From the NCBI RefSeq assembly GCF_018977255.1, contig NW_024704743.1:18788001-18852000 (forward strand): a stretch of 64,000 nucleotides of DNA. The letters run 5' to 3'. Position 1 is the stretch's first letter. Each line of letters opens with the position of its first letter. The notes under the pieces are model-generated. The model did no database searches, had not been told where the DNA came from, and worked only from the letters and a program-made list of their open reading frames with translations. The stretch comes from Callorhinchus milii. Lineage: Eukaryota. Of this stretch, positions 51,301 through 64,000 are shown in pieces. The position numbers and the translations under genes are program-made.

Positions 51301-53003
51301 AGGGCTTTTCTTCTGATTTTGATCCTCAGAAACTGAGCAGTTTTGTTTTCCTCTGAACCATGCATGACCTGGAGATGTTGGGGGGAGAAAGTGTAACCCT
51401 CTGCTGGTAAAATAACCAAGGTTTATTATTGATGTTTACTACACTGATATGCATCAGTGTAGTAAGCATCAATGTTGCTAATTTTACCAACCAGCAAATA
51501 ATACCGATATCATCTACAAAGACCAGTAAACATGCCAACAAGCAGTGTTGTGCTCACGGTCTAGGCATAGCCTCTCGACTCCAGGCCAATTCTCCAGTGC
51601 AGTGTTGGGGAGCATTGCATGTCAGAGGTACCAGACTCTGGATGAGACATTAACCAAAAGTTTCATCTGTCTGTTCAGATGGATGTTAAAGAACCCATGA
51701 AATTATTCAAAAAGAGAAGAAATTTCACCCAATGTCCACACTAAATACACTGTTCATTCTCCTCCAACTGGAACATTAGCTGCCGTGTCCTCCCAACGTG
51801 AAAGGTGCTATACAACTGTAATTTGTTGTCATTGTTGTGTTCACCCTCAAATACACAGTTACTATACTTGGCAGTAATAATCTTGAAGTAAGTTGAGACA
51901 TTGTTATATTATAGGCACTATAACAAATGCAAGGATTACTATGTTTAAGTTTAAAAAAAATATCCTTTTGATATTACATTGTCAGGATATTGAACTCACA
52001 TTTTCTAGGTTGAGACTCTAATGCAATGCTGGGAGTGCTCAGCATTGTTAGACGTGCCATCCTTCGGATGGGATGTTAAACTTGTCTGACGGTTCATTAG
52101 AGATCCAATGATGCTACTTGAAAAGAGAATAGAATTTCTCCCGATTTCCTGGTCAGCAATCCCCTAGGTAAAATTGCGCATTCACCTCAAGCCTTTTGTG
52201 GGACATTGCTGTACGCAAATTAGCTCCTATTCTCACCTGCAAGATACGTAGTCACTGCACTTTACAGCAAATCTGTGAAGTGCTTTAAAACATTATGTGC
52301 TGGCATGAAAGGTATATCAAATGCAAATATTATTATTATGTTATTACAATTTAAAATCACTGTGGAGGTAATTTCTTAATGGTTTTCAGTGATGGGTCAG
52401 TCAGACCAATAACACTGTCACTTTACATACACTTCCTAAAATAGCTACTTTTTGCATGAGGTTGATATTTTGTTCCCCAGGTATTTTGTCAAGCTATTTT
52501 TGAATAGTCTTATTAACAGTCCGAGTTGCACCAATGACTATACAAACTATGTTTGTTTTATACTGCCACATAGGCTCTTTATAAAAATATCTGGTCTGTT
52601 ACAGATTACTGTTCCATCTGTATGTACTTGTGAGTCCCAGGTTATTGCAACATTATTTTTCAATGTCGCTTTTGTTGGTTGATATTCACATCAGTTGTTT
52701 TTTACATCAATATCAAAGGATTTGCAAATTATATTTATATAATATTATGTTTATTTGTATTACATATACTTAGCTACATTATTATGTCTAATCAGATACT
52801 CTGATTGTACTAGGGCTGGACATGATGACAAAATGTGGTCTACTGTTTCTGATTTAGTTGACATATTTGACATTTTGGATCAATTTTTCTCTTTAAGATC
52901 CATTTTCATAATAAAGGGCAGTAATACCTTAGTCTTGCACTGGTATTATGAAAACTTCAGTTTGGGCTCTCAGGTCAACCAGTTACAGCTTTGATTCATA
53001 TCT

Positions 53004-53297
53004 AATAATAATAATCCTTGTTGGACATCTTCTAGACATATCAAAGCGCTTCACAGAATATGCTGTAAAATGAATTGACCGCATATTTGTGGGCGAAACA
53101 CAGCAGCCAGCGCACAACAGTGTCCCACAAACAATCATGGATAGAAAATAACCAATTTATTACTGTTTTGTTTTTGGAGGGATTATTATTATGCGGGTGG
53201 AGTAAGAAAACTTGTCCAAGGTTTCGCCCTGCCTGGAATTGAACCCAGGTGTCTCGCTTGCAAGGAGAGTGCTCTAACCACTGAGCTACAGAACTCC
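53004..53297 (-). mobile_element. Young tRNA-Ala SINE
   Basis: Matches the family sequence, with a small deletion in the tail. Confidence 0.88.
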
Positions 53298-54571
53298 ACG
53301 ACTCAGCCTTATTCTTTCATTTCTCTTGGAAATTGACCGTGCATGATTTTCTTCTCCCATTCATTTTCTTTTTTAGGGAAATTTTCATTCCATGTGCCAT
53401 TTTTGTTAGTTCAAATAAGCTACTTTCTATTTTTTTTTGATGACATTATATTCTTGTTTGATCTTGATTGCTTCTTTAATGATGGAAAATTTCTTTGTCT
53501 GGTTTTCATGCTTTTCTATCATTTTAATACTGTCAATGGGTTTGTTCAGAGATATAATAATAATCCTTGCATTCAATGTAGTGCTTTATCACATCATTGA
53601 GACATCTCAAAGTGCTTCACAGAATATACTGTAAAGTGAATTGACCCTACATTTCTGGGTGAAATGCGGCAGCCAATTGCACAAAGCAGTGTCCCTCAAA
53701 CAGTCATGGATTGAATGACCACATTTGTGTTTTTAAAAAGGGATTATTATTCCCGGAAAGCAACCCGCCAATCAACTAAGAACCGGGTTCCAAATTATTG
53801 CTAGGTAAACAAATGAATGTGGTAGAAGGAAACTTGACTAAGATTTCGCCCAGCGCACGAATCAAACCTGGGTCCCCTCACCTGCAAGGCAAGTACTCTA
53901 AACAGTACACTCCAGGACTCCACAACCATATTCACCTAAACCTACAATTGTTGGTTTATAAGATGCTTCAATTTCAATGAAGTCTCTTCTTTCTTTTCTT
54001 AATATATAAATATATTGGACATCAGCTTTTTGTAGGCCATGAATGGTCAACAGTTTTCTTCGTATTATTATTATAAAATGGATGCAAAGTAAAAACACGT
54101 TCCACATTTCAGCCATAGCAACCTTCTATGAGATAACACTGAAAAGACTACCACAATCCGGAACAAGTCAGTTATTATGTTGTGTATCATATAAATAATA
54201 ACAATCCTTGATTTTATATTAGAAATTTTTACGTGAGGAGGATGTCTCAAAACACTTCATAGGATTTACTGTAAAGTGTGTGTTTTGTAAGCAAATGTAT
54301 AACTCCTACACACTCTGCTTAATATGGTTCCAAACCAGTTGAGATGCTCTTCTAATAAGTGACTGGAACCTAATGGTTCCATATTCATTTAGTAAAGGAT
54401 TATACAACATCAGGCAGCTTCTCTAAAATATGTGCAAACATAATTAACCCTCCCACTTATTCTTACCTCATTGTATTCTACTGCTCAATGGCAAATTTAA
54501 ATTGTTTATTTATTTTTCTAATCATAATTTTTTTCAAAATACCTTTGCAGAGCTCAATAAAAATACTGAAG

Positions 54572-57036
54572 GCCTGAAATTCCACCTGGTCTTAGGCTAT
54601 AAGACCATTTTTCTTCTTGAAATGTAATATTGGAGGGTGAGAGGCTGCAGCTTCAATTTGTATAGAAGATAGATAGAGCTGCGGTTTACAATAATAATAA
54701 TCCTTGATTTGATATGGCGCCTTATAAGATCTTTGAGATGTCTCAAAGCGCTCATGAATTGACTACATATTTTGTGGGCAAAAATATTTTAGGATTGTGC
54801 AGCATTGTGCAACCTTCTTAGATTCAGGCTTAATTTGGAGGCTGTTATTAAGAATTTTAAAACTGTTTTACGTTATCTTAAAGGTTAAGACAAAGTGGCT
54901 TTACAGGCTAAGACTAGTTGGAGTTTCTGGCCTCTTCTTTTATGCAATCAGTCCTATGCAGCAAAGCTCATTGATGGACTTACAATTTCTCTGCTGTCAG
55001 CTTCAGCTTTTTAGTAATTAACAAAGGGAAGGAACTGCCTCAGTAGAATATTTATTTTACAGTAATAGGAATAGGTTGTGAAAGGTCTCCGATATGTTGG
55101 CAGAATACATCTGAAATTTTCAGAATCCAACATTCATCCTGTAATGTTAATCATAATAATGCTTGGATTTAATATAGCGCCTACATCTCAAAGCGCTACA
55201 CAAGTAATTGCTATAAGGTGAAGTGCCTGTGTATGTGTGGGCAAACAAAGAAGCCAATTTGCGCACAACATCCCACAAAACAGACATGAAGTGAATTATG
55301 AATTTATCTGAGGGTTTGCTAGCCATCCTATAACTGCATTCAGTACCTCTTCATAACAATCCTTGCACATGACTTTGTGCCTTATCATGTTGTTGAGATG
55401 CCTTATAGCCTTCACAGATTTTACTATGCAGTAAAATGCAAATGCACTGAAAAAACAGTGAAATACAAGTTATTTAGTTGTCTAATTTTTTCACATCACA
55501 TCTAAAGAGAATAAATAATAATCCTGTTAAATATTTAAGTGAGGAAGATCCTGAGGATTATTCTCCTCATTGATCTTTTATGGGACTTGGTGTGTAAATT
55601 GGCTGCTGCTTTCACCTACAAATACGCAGTCACTTCACTCCACAGTAAAATCATGTCAAGCACTTGGAGACATTTTGACAACAGGATAAAGCACTATGTC
55701 AAATGTAAGGATTATTATAATTATTATCGACACAATAGTAGTAAAATAGTTATCAGGGTCAGAGTTGGGCAGTTAAGAGATGAAAGATGTCAGGGAATGG
55801 CAGGATACACAGTTTTCCCAGAATAGGTGGATCTTAGGAATAGAGGGGCAACTTTACTATGTCTAATTTTATCTATCTTCATCTCCCAACTGAAGTCTAT
55901 CTCTTTGATTATGTTTATGGTAATCCTTTCATCCTCCTTTGCTCTGCCACCTCTGTACAGCTTTCTGAGATACTATCCTGCCTGAAGGGTGCTATATAAA
56001 TGCAAGTTGCTGTTGAATGGGGAAGAATAGCTCGTCTCCCCTTCCCAGTGAATTACGACTCCAGTAAAGGATAAACCTTACATAACACTCTGCTTTCTGT
56101 GCGTATGGTTAAGAGTTTATTTCCCTTTAATTCAATATCTTGTTTCAATTCAAAAGCAGACAGATATCACATGACAAAGTGACAAATCAGTCCAAGGAAG
56201 AAATGAAAAGCAGCTGTTGAAGTTTAATATTTAGGATAAGAAAGTAAAATTCCTTGGGAGAAGGAACAAAAAAATAGTTTCCCACTTGCTTGTGCCTGGG
56301 AAGCCTTTATCAAACAATTCATCAGATTCTTGAAACATTATTCCATACAAGTCTATGGAACACAAGGGACAAATCAGAGTAATATGTTGATATTTCAAAC
56401 CAATTAGTGTGAAACGGTGAGGGCACTGGACACAAAATTAATCGAAAGCAGCAGTGTTTCCCAGGAACAGTACAATATGTACAAAATATGTTCTATGTTC
56501 CAAAAGCATTAGATGTAAATAACTGTATCCCCTATTTCCATTTAGTCTTTGCCTGTAAAACCATTTTTTATTGGAATTTAACATTGGCAGTACTGTGGAA
56601 TGGTCTTAACTTCAGTCTTGATTTGGAAGCCGTTTTCCATTCTTACGCAGTTCTTTAATAAAAAGTCTTCCAAATTAAGATAGAAATGAAAAGTTTTCCA
56701 AAATTCTGAGCAATATTGAATTCTAAGACAAAATGGCTCAGCTAATACAGACCTGCTGGGTTCCCTGCCCCATTCTGTGCTCCCATCGCTGGGCAAGCCT
56801 TGGGTCATAACACTCCTAACAACTGAAACGTTCTGCCTCTCTCCCTTCTCCCCCTCTTTATGTCTCATTTTAAAGCTTACTTCTTTGCCCACACTGATGA
56901 TCAGCTCCTCTTCCCTTGTCTGTCTTGCTCAGTGTCCACTGAGCAGCGCTTTGAGGCATATCCTATGTAAGTAGCTACATATAAATACAAGTTGTAGTTG
57001 TTGATGTAAAGGCTAGGACGAAGTGGAATTTCAGGC
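54572..57036. mobile_element. Possible old DNA transposon with about 30-bp TIRs
   Basis: GCCTGAAATTCCACCTGGTCTTAGGCTATA (54572) versus the reverse complement of TAAAGGCTAGGACGAAGTGGAATTTCAGGC (ends 57036); related internal AT-rich sequence at 27070-27125 and 38560-38790. Confidence 0.45.
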
Positions 57037-57346
57037 TTCCAGTTTTTTTCCAATCATTCAAGGGCTAATCAAACTAAGTAGAGAAACACAGACTGCTTCA
57101 CTGCCCACCCTCCATTCCCACACGCACACACACACATCTAAATTCTATGAAGCGCTTTGAGATCTCTCAATGATGTAATAAGGCACTATATCAAATGCAA
57201 GCATTATTTATTATTATTATTAATTGTGTTTGACTGGAAAAAGAATAAATTATAGCAAGGTGTAAACAATACCTTTCCCATATGAACTGCATGGAATCAT
57301 TGGCAAATAGAAACATAAATTTAGCAATAAGAAATATTTTTTGTGT

Positions 57347-58063
57347 GGCAGCTTCGCTCAGTTGGTAGCACTCTTGCCTTTGAGTCAAAACGTTGTTAGT
57401 TCAAGACCTATGTCAAGAACTTATAATAATAATAATAATAATCCTTGCATTTGATATAGCGCTTTTCACGTCGGGAGGACGTCCCAAAGCGCTTCACAGA
57501 ACACACTGTAAAGTGAATTGACTGTATATTTGTGGGTGAACGCGGCAGCCAATTGCGCACAGCAATGTCCCACAAACAGTCGTAGATTGAAAATGACCAA
57601 TTTATTATTGTTTTTGGTTTTGGAGGGATTATTATTAGGCTCTGTGTGGAGTAAGGAAACTTGCCCAAGGTTTGGCCCTCTGCCTGGAATTGAACTCAGG
57701 TCTCTCACTTGAACTCAACTAGGCTAAGATTCCAGTGCAATGCTGTGGGTGTGTTTTTATTGTTGGAGGTGTTGTTCTTTGGATGAGGACATTAAACCAA
57801 GGTCCCTGGCTGCCTGTTCAGACAGATGTTAGAGATCCTACGGCATTATTTGAAAAGTGAGAGAGTTCCTCTTGGCGTCCTGGCAAACATTCCCTCAAAA
57901 TAAAATTGGTCATTCATGTTATTGCTGTTTGTGGAACATTGCTGTGTGCAAATTAGCTGCTGCCAACAAATACAGTCAGTATACTCCACTTTAAAATCCC
58001 ATGAAGCACTTTCAGTCTCAACGATGTGATAAGGCACTATATCAAATGCAATGATTATTATTA
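57347..58063 (+). mobile_element. Old Deu-domain SINE with a young SINE (57423-57710, -) nested inside
   Basis: Head GCTCAGTTGGTAGCACTCTTGCC, Deu core after 57711, (ATT)n tail; further old copies near 1490, 17040, 29490, 42570, 50370, 51560 and 52010. Confidence 0.85.
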
Positions 58064-60551
58064 ACTTCTCACTTAGCAGACCATTCTGCTCTAGATGATT
58101 CATGTACATTAAGTTGTTGACTTGAGCTTAGTACTTTTGTTTTGACAAGTGACAGATGACAGTTTCTGATTTCTACTTGTGGAGTACACTAGCTCTCCCC
58201 AGAGATACACATCCCTGCTTGTCTAAGCTCCCAGGATTGGTGTTGGTTGGCAGAGGCAGAGCCTACTTGACCCCAGAGAGATGCCACTGTTTTTGCTGTC
58301 ATGTATTTGTTTGACCTCACACAGGATGCATAGCTGTAATAAACACAATTGCACATAAAAAACATCACGTCTAACCCATTGAACGGTATTTTTTCATTTA
58401 TGGGTGGAAACCCATTACTAAACTTACATAATACCATATCTACATAATATCATTGTTTGATTATTTGCAATACTTTGCCACAAGCAATTACAGTTCCCCG
58501 ACAACATAAAGTGATTATACTTGCCGAGTTGCAAGTTAATGTGAAATAGGTTGAAAAATATACCGTTATAGAAGTGTCAACTAACCTTCAGCTAAGGTTA
58601 CTCATCCATCAGCTATCATACCCAATTCAGAATTAAGGTCCTCATTAAAACCGGTAGCTATCCTGCAGCAAAAACAACACACGTCTGTCCACATTGTTTG
58701 TTACATTCTTGCCAGGCTAAGAAAATGATTAGTGATATTCAATTTGCAGTTTGGCAAATGCCAAGGCTTGGGGACATCAGAGTGTGTGTTGGGGTACTGC
58801 TGGAGCCTAACCGGCTAAACCGCATAACTCGCCATTTGGATCAAGTTTTCCACTTTCCCGTCCAGCTAGAACTACCCATTAGAGCTTTGGCTTGCTGGTT
58901 TGGGAGGAGCTGAGTGGGATGATTCCTTGCCCCCAGTGACTGGGCTGCTCTTATAAGTCCTGCTGATGAGGCGAGAGGTGTCACAGAATCCAAATGCATG
59001 CGGAAGGGCCTTAGATGCTTTAATAATATAACATGTTCTGAAAATTTTTTTTTGAAGCAAAGGCAGGATACAAGCTAGATCAATATTCATTTCCAGAATA
59101 TAATATAGTCAGGGGTTTACTCAAGCCCTGGGCATTATATTCTGAAAGTGAATGTGTGTCTCGTTTACATTTTGCTGTTGTTTCAACAGACATTTTATCT
59201 TGGAGATTCATAAAAGCTGGATAGTTGCATTGTAGGCATTCTCATCCAATTTGAAGCCTGTTATGGAACTCTTAGGAACACAGTAATAGGATTACTGGGC
59301 ATGGGTTCAGCTCCTCAAGTTGGAGAGTGATTGTACGTATTACTTAAGGAAGGATTTGGTCATATTGTAGAAGATGATCTTACAGACTTGTAATTTGATT
59401 GAATCGACCTCCAATAACTAGCTAAATTGACAGATTTCAAGACTGTGTAGAATCCACCCAGTTTACCAAGGGATGAATGTTTAAAGTGGCAGAAATTATG
59501 TGAAATTCCAAATTTTTCCCCGCACACCTCAACACTTTTCCTTGAATAATAACCCTCACGTGCTAACTCACTTACATTTTTCAGGCTTCAACAGTATTTG
59601 TTGGGCTCATTCCAACACGTGCTTTTCAAATCAGACGATTAATTACAAAAAGTCCTACAAACTTGGAATATGGCAACAACAACAACTTGTATTTATATAG
59701 CAGGATAATGTCTCGGAGAGCTGAGGACTCATTAGCATGAACGAAGGGGTAGCATTAGTGAACTTGTAGAATTCCAAGATCATATTTCTGTCTATAAAAT
59801 GTTGAATGACTTCTGATTTTCACTTCATCATTCTTTTATTCAGTCAGAAGAGCTTGGTCTGGGTAGCTTCCAGGAACATTCAGAACTTTGTGGACCCTAT
59901 GTGCTGATAACTCTCAGTGCCAGATGTCAATGTTTATGACATAAGCAGAGTTTTGAATAAGGGCCGGGGTAGGTGTGGATCCAAGTGCTCAAACCAATCT
60001 GAATATGTTCAAATTAGTTCTGTTCCTAAAGCCAATATGAATACACATCAATAAAAAATATATTTGAACAAAGCCTGATGCTAATTTGAGTGTCATTGAC
60101 AAGTTTGACAAACTTGTTATTACTGTTTGAAATAAATCCTGTTACATATTAAACACCACCACATATTTTAAATTATTGATTAAGTGCTGGATACAGATTT
60201 TCTCAGGTTAGCTAAATGTGGCTCCTATTACAAGCAAGAAGTGAATTTTTCACAAGCATTAGCAAGCAGCTTGTTTTGGATCCCATTATAATGCAGTTTC
60301 CAATGGTTCAAATTTCTACTTTAAAGAAAACACAACATCCATAGATATTGATTCATTTACTAAAGTAAATATCTCTTTTCTTAAATGGATTTAATATCCA
60401 GCTAAATGGAATCACAATGGACTATTTGATAGTATCCCTTTATTCCTAATCAATATGTAGTAAAACTTGTATCCTATCCATCTCATGTTTTTAATATCTC
60501 CCACTGAAAATGTGTTCCTTTATCTGGCAATTTCTCCAAACAAATTGATGT

Positions 60552-60874
60552 GGAGTCCTGTAGCTCAGTGGTTAGAGCACTCGCTTTGCAAGCGAGAGAC
60601 CTGAGTTCAATTCCAGGCAGAGGGCGAAACCTTGGGCAAGTTTCCTTACTCCATACAGAGCCTAATAATAATCCCTCCAAAACCAAAAACAATAAATAAA
60701 TTGGTCATTTTCAATCTACGACTGTTTGTGGGACATTGCTGTGCGCAATTGGCTGCCGCGTTCGCCCACAAATATACAGTCAATTCACTTTACAGTGTGT
60801 TCTGTGAAGCGCTTTGGGACATCCTCCCGACGTGAAAAGCGCTATATCAAATGCAAGGATTATTATTATTATTA
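60552..60874 (+). mobile_element. Young tRNA-Ala(TGC)-derived SINE, full-length reference copy
   Basis: A-box TAGCTCAGTGG 60561-60571, anticodon arm CTCGC-TTTGCAA-GCGAG 60580-60596, B-box GTTCAATTCC 60605-60614, Deu-like 3' core, L2-like stem-loop, (ATT)n. Confidence 0.93.
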
Positions 60875-61739
60875 TGCGTTCCAGTGCCTTAGGATGTCCT
60901 CCCGATGTGAAAGGCGCTATACAAATGTCATTTTGTTGTTGTTGTTCTTGTTGGACTAAGTCTACCTTCATTCCAATAAAATGTGCTTTCTTTCGAATTT
61001 GGTGCTTTACTTTTGACTGCTATTCTTTTTTCTCTATTTTCATGACTCAGATCCAGCAGAACTAACACTTCATTGGACTTTCTTTCCTAATAGCATTGAG
61101 ACCCAATAGTGGTAAAATTCCTTGAATTGAGCAGAGGCTTAATTATATTGTATAGAAGCAATGATTGTATTATACAGTACAATTGCACTAAATACAAGTT
61201 ATGCTTATATAGTCCTGTAACGCATACCTACCCAGACCAAACTCCGTACCCCATCTCACCGGTTCTGGCCAGGCTCCACTGGCTCCCCACCACTGAATGG
61301 ATCGACTTCAAGATCCTCACACTTGCTTTCAAATCCCTTCACTCCCTAGCACCTTCCTACCTCTCCGACCTCCTCACTCCCCAATCCACCACCTGGTGCC
61401 TCTTCTCGACTGGCATCAGCCTCCTGCTTGTCCCTTGTGCCCTCCGCTCCACCTTTGGATGTCGCGCATTCAGCCACTACATCCCCCACCAAAACTCTGG
61501 AAAAATCCCTCAATTGGGTGAGAGTGAGAATTACTGTTTTATTACTTGTTAGTACTAACTTTAAACTCTTGATATTAACTGTAAATTAAAATTGTGATTA
61601 AACTGAACAAGTAGCAGATGTAGCAGGTTTACTAACTACAATTTAGCATTTTGACTTAACAATAACAAGTAGCAATCAACAGTCTACTGGTATTAATTAG
61701 GTGAGTATTAATTAGGTGTTAATTGCTGGCTGACCAGGC

Positions 61740-64000
61740 TGAATGTGTTGCGTCTGAGGGGTATATAAAGGGGAAAACTGTGAGAGTCTCACTTGAGCAG
61801 AGAGGCGAGACCAGAGTGAGAAGGTGAGAGTGGGAATTAGGTGCAGAGGGGAAAGAAGGTGTGAAATGAACTACATATTTAATTAATAAAATATAAGTTG
61901 AAATGCCAGCACAGGCAGTATGTTGGGAATGCAATATGTGGGAGTTTGTGGATTGTGAGACTGTCCTGGACTCTCACTTCTGCAGGAAATGTCTCTGGCT
62001 TGACACACTCTGGCTCAGAAGCATTGAGCTGGAGTGTGAGTTAGACACACTCTGAGAAATAAGGAAGCGGGAGGAATTTCTGGATAGTTTTATCCTGAAC
62101 TTGGTCGCACCCCATAGGAAAGCACAGGTACAGGAAGGGGAGGGTGCTACTGTCAGTGAGCAGAGTAGTGGAACCTTGGAGAGGAAGAGAAGGAGGTCCC
62201 ACAGACACTGGTACTGTTGTATTTGATTCCTGTGAGCACAAGGAGAATGACTGTGTGAAGGAGAGCCACAATGCAAACCAAGGCACAGTGGAGCAGAAGG
62301 CTGTCCGAAGCAGGGAAGAGCAGGTTAGAAATATAGTTGTGATAGGGGATTCAATTCTTAAGGGAATAGATGGCATCCTCTGTACCCAAGAACAAGAGTC
62401 CCGAAAGGTGTGTTGCCTACCTGGTGCCAAGGAAAGGACATCTCGAAGCAGCTGAAGAGAAATTTGCAAATGGGAGGAGGCAGATCCAGTTGTCGTGGTC
62501 CATGTTGGGACAAACAACATAGGAAAAAAACAGGAGGAAGTCCTGCAGAGGGAGTTTCAGGAGTCAGGAGCTAAATTAAATGACAGGACCTGAAGGGTAA
62601 TAACCTCTGGATTGTTACCTAAACCACGTGCAAATTGAAATAGGGAGAAACAGATTAGGAACGTTAACATGTGGTTAAAGGATTGGTGTTGGAAAGAAGG
62701 GTTCCACTTCACGGGACACTGGCACCAATACTGGGACAAGAAGCAGCTGTATAAATGGGATGGATTCCACGTGAACTGGAAGGGGACCCATGTCTTAGCG
62801 GAAAGGGTAAATAGGGCTGTGGCAAAGGCTTTAACTAGTAAAGGGGGGTGGGAAGGAACAGAAGGAAATGACTCAAGCCAGACAAAAGTAAGAAATAAGG
62901 AGAATATAAATGGTCAGGGAATTAATACAATTATAGAAGTGTGAAAAGACTGTCAAAAATAAAATGAGAGGAACAATTAATAATAATAAAGTAAACTGTC
63001 TGTACAGCAATGTGCACAGCCTCTGGGGAAAAAAAGGATAACCAGAGGCAATAATTCGTAGTGAGGAACCAGATATAATTGGGATTACTGAAACATGGCT
63101 ACAAAAAAGAATAGGACTGGAAATTAAACATTGTAGGGTATGATGTATTTAGAAAGTATAGAGATGGGAAACAGGGCGGTGGAGTAGCTGTACTTGTTAA
63201 GGATAACATCACGGCAGTCGAAAAAAGGGACATAGCCAACAGTAAGATAGAAACAGAATCTGTGTGGATATTGATAAAAGATAAGAAGGGATCAATCACA
63301 CAAATAGGGGTACTCTACAGACCACCTAACAGTGGAAGGGGGGTAGAGGAAGAAATATGCAAGCAAATTAGGGAAATGAGTAAAAGACATAGATTTCAAC
63401 TCCCCCCAAATAAATTGGCTAGAAGAGGTAGATAAGGTGGATAAGGGAATGGAGTTCCTTCAATGTGTACATAACTCCTTTCTTACCCAGTATGTAAGCG
63501 TCCCAACAAAGGGGAAATCCCTGCTGGATTTAGTAATGGGAAATGAACCAGAGCAGATGAGAGAAGTATGAGTAGGGGAACATCTAGGCAATAGCGATCA
63601 TAACTTAATAAGGTTTAAGATAAAGACTGAGAAGGACATGAGTATGATAAAGGGCAGGACAATAGATTGGAAAAAAGGTGATTTTGAGGGGATGGGAATG
63701 GAACTTGGGAAAATAAACTGGAAAACAATATTGGCAAAAAAAAGAGATAGAGCAGCAGTGGGAAACATTTAAAACAGTGATCAATAGAGTACAGGAGAAA
63801 TATATTCTGCTAAAAAGTAAGACAAAGCTAAATAATAATGAGACGCCATGGATGAATAAAGACATAAGGGCAAAGTTGAGACTCAGAAAAGAGGCGCTCA
63901 CTAAGTATGTAACCAACAAGGGAGAGCATAACAAAAAAGAATACAAAAAGGTCAGGAAATTAGTCAAAAAAACAATTAGGAAGGCAAAGAGGAATTATGA
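61740..64000 (+). mobile_element. CR1 LINE 5' portion: 5'UTR, ORF1 (Zn finger, zipper, SGNH esterase) and ORF2 APE start, running off the window
   Basis: ATG at 61903 MPAQAVCWECNMWE...CRKC; VVIGDSI, CCLPGA and VVHVGTNNI; ORF2 IIGITETW, GGGVAVLV, YRPP and SDHN; contains stops and frameshifts. Confidence 0.93.

Noticed and set aside
60552..60625. tRNA-Ala gene
   Set aside because: It has no proper acceptor stem and continues into a SINE body present in many copies, so it is a SINE head.

Overview
Eukaryotic (vertebrate) genomic DNA. The repeat landscape (L2 and CR1 LINEs, Deu-domain SINEs, Penelope termini) points to a cartilaginous fish; this is inference. The only host gene I can support is a complete plus-strand slc39a12 (ZIP12 zinc importer): 12 coding exons from 16157 to 41054, all GT-AG and phase-consistent, 2115 nt = 704 aa plus stop. 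It has a probable non-coding first exon near 12.2-12.3 kb and an AATAAA at 41867. The rest is densely nested transposon debris: L2 and CR1 LINEs, an old Deu-domain SINE, a young tRNA-Ala-headed SINE sharing its 3' stem-loop with L2, a Penelope fragment with a decayed hammerhead, TIR elements and an unclassified poly(A)-tailed retroposon family. There is also an internally deleted Gypsy LTR element (5-bp TSD CATGC) carrying what looks like a Tx1/L1-type ORF1/ORF2 junction. Most short ORFs in the track are repeat-derived or spurious. I found no CRISPR, rRNA or true tRNA gene, and no clearly new multi-gene system. The best leads are the chimeric LTR element, the unclassified retroposon family, the SINE/L2 stem-loop variants and a Cys-to-Phe change next to the ZIP12 metal motif.
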